From IMG/VR virus record IMGVR_UViG_3300021978_000001, positions 96,001 to 160,000 of that record: a DNA stretch of 64,000 nt; one strand, given 5' to 3'. Shown in pieces: positions 27,856 through 33,687 of this stretch. The notes below the pieces were generated by a model, which did not search any database, was not told where the DNA came from, and saw nothing but the letters and a program-made list of their open reading frames with translations. The position numbers were made by a program, and so were the translations under genes. Within the stretch, counting starts at the first letter, position 1; each line of letters starts with the position of its first letter. The DNA is from a virus. Its lineage: Duplodnaviria > Caudoviricetes.

Positions 27856-28218
27856 TCAACCGAGGGTCATTTCCCCATCACAGAGTTCGTCGATCAGCGC
27901 ATCGAGTTCCAGGGGGACTTTGCCCTCATAGAACTCGATGCGCCTTTCCTGACCGACAGCATCTCTCCACACCACCTGGTATCTCATACCATCACAGATA
28001 GAGAAACCAGGTGGAATCGGAATCTTGGGGTCGATAGGTGGAGGAAGGGTGAGAGTTTCGAGGCCCTCACCCTGGTCCAATATACCTTCCAACCGTTCAA
28101 GCATCTGGAGAGATGCAGGAGAGAGGTTCGTCTTGAGCGAAGAAAAGGTCTGCTTCAAGAGAGGAAACAACCCGCCTTCGCGGATGTACTGCACTTGAAG
28201 ATGCTTGTCTTTGCTCAT
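27856..28218 (-). CDS. hypothetical protein
   Basis: ORF between RNA genes. Confidence 0.5.
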   Translation of the reverse strand: MSKDKHLQVQYIREGGLFPLLKQTFSSLKTNLSPASLQMLERLEGILDQGEGLETLTLPPPIDPKIPIPPGFSICDGMRYQVVWRDAVGQERRIEFYEGKVPLELDALIDELCDGEMTLG

Positions 28219-28240
28219 CAGTTGAACCTCGCTATGTAAA

Positions 28241-28379
28241 TCTGAGCCGAACAAGGTGTGGATCTGGGGGTTTAGCGTGCTACCATTACACTACCCTGGG
28301 GGTTAACCCAGGGCCGGGACTCGAACCCGGACCGCCTGATTTGCATTCAGATAACCCATCTCCGGCATCTCGGCTCAGA
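28241..28379 (-). tRNA. circularly permuted tRNA-Cys(GCA) (28275-28350) inside hairpin cassette
   Basis: Order: anticodon arm, T arm, CCCTGGG, TTAACC, CCCAGGG, D arm; U73; joining restores C27-G43. Confidence 0.8.
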
Positions 28380-28407
28380 ACTGTGCTCTCTCTTGTTACG
28401 AGAGAAG

Positions 28408-28736
28408 ATCAAAGGTGTGTCCACCAAGGCTGCACCCGAGTAAGGGTATATAGGTGGCATCGTTGTGTGGCCGCCGTCTACGCGCCAACTCGTGGCCTAT
28501 CGCCGTGGAGAAGGTTCGCGCACCGGGCTGGCGGGCGCCCTCATGATCGAGATTGCTCTCGACCTTAGCCTTGAGCCTTCGTGGGGAAGGGACTCTCAAG
28601 GGAGGGTGAGCTTGGCCTGACAGGTGTAACCTCGATAGGAGACTACCCCGTTTCGCTAGACCCCTCACGGGGATTCACTACCTTCGGACCGTTATTGGGA
28701 TAACCCACCTACGGCAGCTCAGGCACAGCTCTTGAT
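28408..28736 (-). ncRNA. hairpin cassette enclosing an about 249-nt structured RNA (28451-28699)
   Basis: GCTGCCGTAGGTGGGTTATC 5' arm, TATACCC 3' arm; GNRA hairpins inside. Confidence 0.6.
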
Positions 28737-28825
28737 GAACACACCTTTGGAGACCTCGGAGCTTCCGAGCGCGCACCACCCCGCTAAAGATAAAGCGGCT
28801 CGGTGCTCCGAGATCCCAAAGAAAA

Positions 28826-28891
28826 GTCACGGTCAAAGTGATGTATATGGAATATTCTATCTCCGATAATCCATACACGGCATACCGTAAC
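28826..28891 (-). ncRNA. hairpin cassette, near-empty copy
   Basis: GTTACGGT-ATGCCG-TGTATGGATTATC-short loop-TATTCCATATACA-TCACTTTG-ACCGTGAC. Confidence 0.55.
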
Positions 28892-28892
28892 A

Positions 28893-28973
28893 AGCGAGCG
28901 ACGGGACTCGAACCCGCATGCGTTAAAGCGACAGCTTGGAAGGCTGTTGTCCGACCAGTTGGACCTCACTCGC
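28893..28973 (-). tRNA. tRNA-Gly(TCC) with unusually long variable region
   Basis: ACAGC-CTTCCAA-GCTGT, U73, 13-nt variable region. Confidence 0.8.
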
Positions 28974-29172
28974 GCATACTCGTCTCTCCGAGCTGTCACC
29001 CGGTCTGTCCCAGGTTCGTCATGCGTCACACTCTCGGGCCGCATCGCCGCACGAGGGGATCTTCAGATCGCGTGACCCCTCGTGAATCACATGCGACCTC
29101 CGGCGTCTGGTCTCGCCGGGCCACGGGATTGTGCACGCGCATCTGCGCGGATGGAATCCTCGGGCGTCAGGT

Positions 29173-29315
29173 ATTGCGTGGTCAAACGGAGCGTAACAGG
29201 AGTGTTGACTCGTGCTCTGCCGGTTGAGCTAGAAGTGCCACTCGTCATGACACAACCCGGGACTCGAACCCGGAACCACAAGTTTGGATAACCCTATCAC
29301 TGCATACCACGCAAT
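29173..29315 (-). tRNA. degenerate circularly permuted tRNA (Gly/His-like) in hairpin cassette
   Basis: T arm precedes D arm; acceptor has 2 mismatches; anticodon loop would be non-standard. Confidence 0.55.
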
Positions 29316-29437
29316 CATGGTCCTTCTCCCTAAGATCTCCCTGAGAAGAAGGTTTGGGTTGGATGAACCTCTCACTGACACCTTGATCGACCGAAATTGA
29401 CGACAACGACAGACAAGAGGATGAGAGGTTCATCCAG

Positions 29438-29512
29438 CGACTCCTACGGGATTTGAACCCGTGGTCTCCTGCGTGACAGGCAGGCGTCCACTCCAGACTG
29501 GACCGAGGAGCC
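29438..29512 (-). tRNA. tRNA-Asp(GTC)
   Basis: Canonical cloverleaf, G73. Confidence 0.93.
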
Positions 29513-29589
29513 GAAAGTGCTCTATCCGAGCGCTTTTGTATGATACCATGGAAACCTTATCCTGGAAACCAAGGTAGCGTCAAGTACCA

Positions 29590-29661
29590 ATCCGGGAGCA
29601 GGGCTCGAACCTGCATTGCGAGGATCAAAACCTCGTGTCCTGCCAATTAGACGATCCCGGA
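29590..29661 (-). tRNA. tRNA-Gln(TTG)
   Basis: Canonical cloverleaf. Confidence 0.93.
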
Positions 29662-29720
29662 GTAATCGTGGCCCAAGCACTGCTTCGTGCAGTGAACATC
29701 CCGAGTGCTTGAGCCACGAT

Positions 29721-29924
29721 TCACGCATGTTCGGTGCCCGTGGCTTCCTCGATAAACGAGGAAATCACATGACGTTGAACCACCGCGTGGGGTGTCGCTT
29801 GTGACTGTGACCACACCTCGATAGTGCTCATCGAAACCTCGAAACGATCGGCAAGCTCTCTGCTGCTATGCAATTCTCGCAAGTAATGCAAGGCGAACAG
29901 GAAGAGTTTATGCGTCTCATTCAT
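29721..29924 (-). CDS. small HTH protein
   Basis: SSRELADRFEVSMSTIEVW helix-turn-helix pattern. Confidence 0.6.
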   Translation of the reverse strand: MNETHKLFLFALHYLRELHSSRELADRFEVSMSTIEVWSQSQATPHAVVQRHVISSFIEEATGTEHA

Positions 29925-30007
29925 CGAAACCTCGATCAGTGTCGTGTCGAGTGCAGGGTCCGAAGTCAGCGAACACCGCTTCTCCCTGCACGAGCAGGGA
30001 AGATAGA

Positions 30008-30152
30008 GTACACCGGATAAGGGATGAGAGTGGATGTTTTTGGCGCTTTACCACTAAGCTACACAGCCGTAAACGATGGCTGTGGGTTGGAATCGAACCA
30101 ACCGATCTCCCCGTTAAGAGCGGATAACCCACGGCTCTTCAGCCCGATGTAC
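30008..30152 (-). tRNA. circularly permuted tRNA-Lys(CTT) (30042-30123) inside hairpin cassette
   Basis: CCG-CTCTTAA-CGGGG, T arm, CACAGCC-A-TCGTTTAC-GGCTGTG, D arm, GCC; joining gives a perfect 5-bp anticodon stem. Confidence 0.85.
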
Positions 30153-30154
30153 AG

Positions 30155-30227
30155 TACCACAGGTGGGGGTCGAACCCACAACATCCTGGTTTTGAACCAA
30201 GCGCCTCTTCCATTGGGCCACTGTGGC
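30155..30227 (-). tRNA. tRNA-Leu(CAA), short variable loop
   Basis: CTTGG-TTCAAAA-CCAGG; 5-nt variable region. Confidence 0.75.
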
Positions 30228-30421
30228 AGGCGGAGTTGCATACGTCAAGGGTTTTCTGCTGGGCAGGATCGCCACCGTCGTGGATGGATCTGCCTGACCT
30301 TTACACCTATGCAACAACCCTGGAGTTCCCATCTCTCCGGTCTCTACGCGTCGTCACGCACCCTGTAGGAGCTACCCCACAAGATACAGCCTCGTGACGT
30401 GTGAGGCTACGCGCTGGGAAA

Positions 30422-30494
30422 TCGACATGCCAGGACTCGAACCTGGACCACCTCTTTCGTAGAGAGGCACTCTATCCAATTAAGTTACACGTCG
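30422..30494 (-). tRNA. tRNA-Arg(ACG)
   Basis: Canonical cloverleaf. Confidence 0.92.
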
Positions 30495-30609
30495 AGAATG
30501 CCTCCCAGTGTACGGTGTCGAGCACACCGAGAGGACTTTTCACTGTGGTCGTCGAGCGATCTCAGTGAGAGCGTTATGCCACACCTTACGAGAAGGTGTC
30601 AAGACAATT

Positions 30610-30825
30610 TCATTTTTTCTTGAGGTCAGCGTCGGTGAGGCTCTTTTTCTGCCAAGCCGCCTCTTCCTCTTTAGCGCATCGCTTGCTGTACCGCCACGCG
30701 ATGGCATGGTCAATACGATCAAGCTCCTCACGCTCCTCGACGGTCAAGGTGCCTTGTGCTTCGAGCGCACGTTGTTGAGCTTTGAGCCTTTCGATGTGTT
30801 TCCGATCTGCATCTTCATCAGTCAT
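30610..30825 (-). CDS. hypothetical protein
   Basis: GAGG RBS, helical composition. Confidence 0.5.
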   Translation of the reverse strand: MTDEDADRKHIERLKAQQRALEAQGTLTVEEREELDRIDHAIAWRYSKRCAKEEEAAWQKKSLTDADLKKK

Positions 30826-30944
30826 GCTTACCTCGTCTGAAAAGTACCCTGCCGTAAGTTCGCTTCTCATGCGCCCTCGTCTTAAAGGCGCACAGAATAC
30901 CCCTCCCCAGAGGTAAAGTTTAGAATGATGAACCCGACAGGGTA

Positions 30945-31017
30945 TAGCGGGTGAGGGAATCGAACCCCCAACTGTAGGTCATGAGCCTACCGAGATATAC
31001 CGTTTCTCCAACCCGCA
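30945..31017 (-). tRNA. tRNA-Met(CAT), 1:72 mismatch (initiator-like)
   Basis: GTAGG-CTCATGA-CCTAC. Confidence 0.88.
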
Positions 31018-31051
31018 ACAAATGAGTGTGCTGTTCCTGTGCCCCGGCGCC

Positions 31052-31195
31052 GGACCATCCCCGCATACGCGGGGAACACGCTCCACAACACACTCGGGCG
31101 CCTGGGTATACCCACGACGCAGATCCGCTTGACGGTGGAGCGACAGGCGGAAGTGGTACGGCAAGGCGAACCATCCCCGCGCACGCGGGGAACAT
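31052..31195 (-). CRISPR. two I-E-like repeats (31052-31079, 31168-31195) separated by 88 nt, between tRNA-Ile and tRNA-Met
   Basis: Near-identical to the array repeat. Confidence 0.85.
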
Positions 31196-31235
31196 GGACC
31201 TCACGGATGCATCGACGCGAGATCTCACCATACCA

Positions 31236-31309
31236 TAGCTGGACGCGGACTCGAACCGCGAACCTCAGCCTTATCAAGACTGCGCTCTAACCTGTTGAGC
31301 TATCCAGCT
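31236..31309 (-). tRNA. tRNA-Ile(GAT)
   Basis: Canonical cloverleaf. Confidence 0.93.
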
Positions 31310-31313
31310 TCAA

Positions 31314-31387
31314 GTGCTTGCCCCTGGACTCGCACCAGGATCTCTCGCGTGATGGCGAGCAGGTTACATACGGCTACCATGGATACC
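31314..31387 (-). pseudogene. degenerate tRNA-like sequence
   Basis: CCTGG-TGCGAGT-CCAGG T-arm, 6-nt anticodon loop, poor acceptor pairing. Confidence 0.45.
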
Positions 31388-31406
31388 TTGACCCCAGACA
31401 AGCAAG

Positions 31407-31555
31407 TGTACATGAATCGAACAAGGTAGTGAGCAAGGGGTTTTTACGAGTGCTACCGTTACACCACATGTCCGGGTGGACATGCTGGGACTCGAACCCA
31501 GACCACGCGCTCCGCTGGCGATAACCCTTATCTCGGTCATCTCGATTCATGTACA
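31407..31555 (-). tRNA. circularly permuted tRNA-Arg(GCG) (31447-31520) inside hairpin cassette
   Basis: CGC-CAGCGGA-GCGCG, T arm, CATGTCC-ACCC-GGACATG, D arm, TCG; joining gives a perfect CGCGC/GCGCG stem. Confidence 0.8.
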
Positions 31556-31556
31556 G

Positions 31557-31630
31557 TAGGGCTGACAGGAGTCGAACCTGCGACCATCTCCGTGTAAGGA
31601 AGCTGCTCTGACCAACTGAGCTACAGCCCT
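31557..31630 (-). tRNA. tRNA-Val(TAC)
   Basis: Canonical cloverleaf. Confidence 0.9.
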
Positions 31631-31666
31631 GTGATGTGCTTGCTCGGATAAGGGAAGTGGCGAGCG

Positions 31667-31757
31667 GCGCCATCCCCGCATGCGCGGGGAACACTAAATC
31701 TGAACAAACACAAGCAGAGCGCCCGAGATGAACCATCCCAGCATATGCAGGGAAATC
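31667..31757 (-). CRISPR. repeat-spacer-repeat unit (31667-31694 and degenerate 31730-31757, 35-nt spacer) upstream of tRNA-Val
   Basis: GTGTTCCCCGCGCATGCGGGGATGGCGC plus a degenerate copy. Confidence 0.75.
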
Positions 31758-31839
31758 AACGTATGCCTTTCGCGCTCTGTGGTGAAAGGTAGCTGGGTAC
31801 CGTTGACTCTCCCGTAGGAGCGGCCCCTGCTTGCCTCTC

Positions 31840-31960
31840 ACGCTTTGTTATGCGTGCGTTCCTATTCACTTGTCAAAGATCTTGAGTCGTTGGCGTTGTG
31901 CGTTGCACCGTCGCCGTGACATCAACCGTTATGCCTTGTTCAAATCATGCTGTCAAGCAT
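31840..31960 (-). promoter_or_regulatory. tandem TTGACA...CATAAC promoters heading the tRNA/ncRNA cluster
   Basis: TTGACA-N17-CATAAC near 31928-31956 and TTGACA-N18-CATAAC near 31846-31875. Confidence 0.6.
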
Positions 31961-32009
31961 TTTCTTCCTGAACCGGGCAAAAAGTTCGATCGGAGTGCAT
32001 CCGATCCAG

Positions 32010-32086
32010 AGCAGCCAGTGGGAATCGAACCCACAACCTCCTCGGGACCATCACCACAGATGTGGTGAAAATTGAGCCATGGCTGC
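32010..32086 (-). ncRNA. tRNA-CRISPR repeat chimera
   Basis: Acceptor GCAGCCA/TGGCTGC and intact T arm; the D/anticodon region is a 28-nt repeat variant at 32045-32072. Confidence 0.75.
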
Positions 32087-32165
32087 TTGCTCGTGAAGGG
32101 CGTTGCCGTTCACGAGAGACACAACTAGGTGACGTGGAGAGTTATTCCACACCACCACGCGCGTG

Positions 32166-32771
32166 TCAAACGTTCTGTGGGAATTGAGCCAGGAGATCCT
32201 GATCCTGACCTGCAACACGCTGAACAGGGATGGCCGTAAACGTGGACCGCAGGCTCGCCGCGTAAGGCGTCTCGACCAGGAATTGGTATGCAGGCGCACA
32301 CTTGATCGACTTCTGATCGCCCACACGTTGGCATTCGATCACGATGTCCTTTCCGACGCGGTTGGTGACCGAGGCGACACGCTCGACCTTCCCGACCTGC
32401 AACCCCGCACCCATCACGCGATCATCCGTCACGACCTTGCGCGCGATCTTGGTGACGTAGAACAACCCTTCAGCGTCGAGGAAGAGCGCCGCCATGCGGT
32501 CCTCGAAAGCGCTCTTACAGGAACTCTTGCGGTGATGGGAAAACGCACATTCGAGCTTGCGCAAACCATACACCACACCAAAGCCATCACCTTGGTGCGC
32601 GTACTTGACGAGGATGGCGCACGCTTCCTGAATAGCCTTGCGGGTCTCTCCCGCCGAAGAGGAGACCCACGCGTCTACTTGCGTGGCAAGGGTATGTGCC
32701 TGGAGAAAGTAGGAGAGCGCGGTTTGGGGAACGATGATCGCGGACATGATAGACACCTCGTGGTCAGTCAA
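32166..32771 (-). CDS. hypothetical protein
   Basis: Promoter motif at 32808-32836. Confidence 0.6.
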   Translation of the reverse strand: MTDHEVSIMSAIIVPQTALSYFLQAHTLATQVDAWVSSSAGETRKAIQEACAILVKYAHQGDGFGVVYGLRKLECAFSHHRKSSCKSAFEDRMAALFLDAEGLFYVTKIARKVVTDDRVMGAGLQVGKVERVASVTNRVGKDIVIECQRVGDQKSIKCAPAYQFLVETPYAASLRSTFTAIPVQRVAGQDQDLLAQFPQNV

Positions 32772-32841
32772 AGATTGAGTGCGCGTTGCTCGCGCCGACA
32801 GATCTGTATACCACGAAGTAGGGTAGGCGTAAAAGGGAAAA

Positions 32842-33342
32842 TCAATTCAAGTGCGCAGATACCGCAAAAAGGTCCACGTGGAAAAACGAACGAAGATTTT
32901 CCGTGAACGCTTCGAGTTCGGCCTCGACCCCCGCCAGGGTCGCCTCGCTCGGTGTCATGATCGGAATGCGCAAGTGGATGTGCACATGCGGCATCTCACG
33001 CAGCTCGTCCCACACCAGGCTCTCGATGTAGGGTAGACCACGCCCGAGGAAATCCCCGTGAGCCTGGCAAAACGAGCGCAAGGTTTGCTCCAGCTCCAAC
33101 ACCGAGATGTCCGGCTCCCAACACACAGGGCGCGTTGAAGGTTCGTCGAGGGAATGGTAAGGTGTGCCCTCGTAAGTCGTGCGTTTGACGCGAGGCTTGG
33201 AAGGGGCAGGAAGGTTTTCGTAATACTCTGGAGGGAAGGGAATCGGCTGCGGGAGCATGGGCGTGAAGGCTTCGTCAGCTTCCTCAAGCGCGTCGCTCTC
33301 CTCCGTTGAGAGAATAGGGGGCTGGTGATCATGCTCGGACAT
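32842..33342 (-). CDS. hypothetical protein
   Basis: ORF track. Confidence 0.6.
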   Translation of the reverse strand: MSEHDHQPPILSTEESDALEEADEAFTPMLPQPIPFPPEYYENLPAPSKPRVKRTTYEGTPYHSLDEPSTRPVCWEPDISVLELEQTLRSFCQAHGDFLGRGLPYIESLVWDELREMPHVHIHLRIPIMTPSEATLAGVEAELEAFTENLRSFFHVDLFAVSAHLN

Positions 33343-33357
33343 GAGGAAGCTCTATAG

Positions 33358-33654
33358 TCAATGCTCCTCAAGGAACTCCACGACATGCTCAAGGAGCTTT
33401 TCGCGACCACCAGGGGAGAGGTTCACATGATCGAGACGCCAGAGCCTTAGACGTTCCGTAGGCGTCAACAGCTCCTTGAGCGTCTCTTCCTGAAGGACAT
33501 GCTCCAGGGCAGCATCAAAGACTTTGGAGAGCCCACGGATGTCTTCATCATAGAGAGGCAACGTGCTCTCCCCGAAGAACTCCTTGAGCGTCTCTTTGTG
33601 GGCACACTGGAGCCGCTCACGCCACTGCTGATACAAACGCTCTCGATGACTCAT
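33358..33654 (-). CDS. hypothetical protein
   Basis: ORF with RBS. Confidence 0.6.
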   Translation of the reverse strand: MSHRERLYQQWRERLQCAHKETLKEFFGESTLPLYDEDIRGLSKVFDAALEHVLQEETLKELLTPTERLRLWRLDHVNLSPGGREKLLEHVVEFLEEH

Positions 33655-33687
33655 CTTACTTCCTTGCCTTAGCGTCTTGCCTTGTCA

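Noticed and set aside
28241-28379. BHB motif, or hammerhead, twister, pistol, hairpin or HDV/theta ribozyme, as the cassette identity
   Set aside because: No 4-bp central helix with 3-nt bulges, and the hallmark cores (CUGANGA/GAAA, U/AA..GUCC, N/GUC) were not found by eye; Infernal should confirm.
28241-31555. Reading the split tRNAs as 5' half, intron, 3' half across neighbouring elements
   Set aside because: Acceptor strands pair perfectly within each hairpin unit and not between units.
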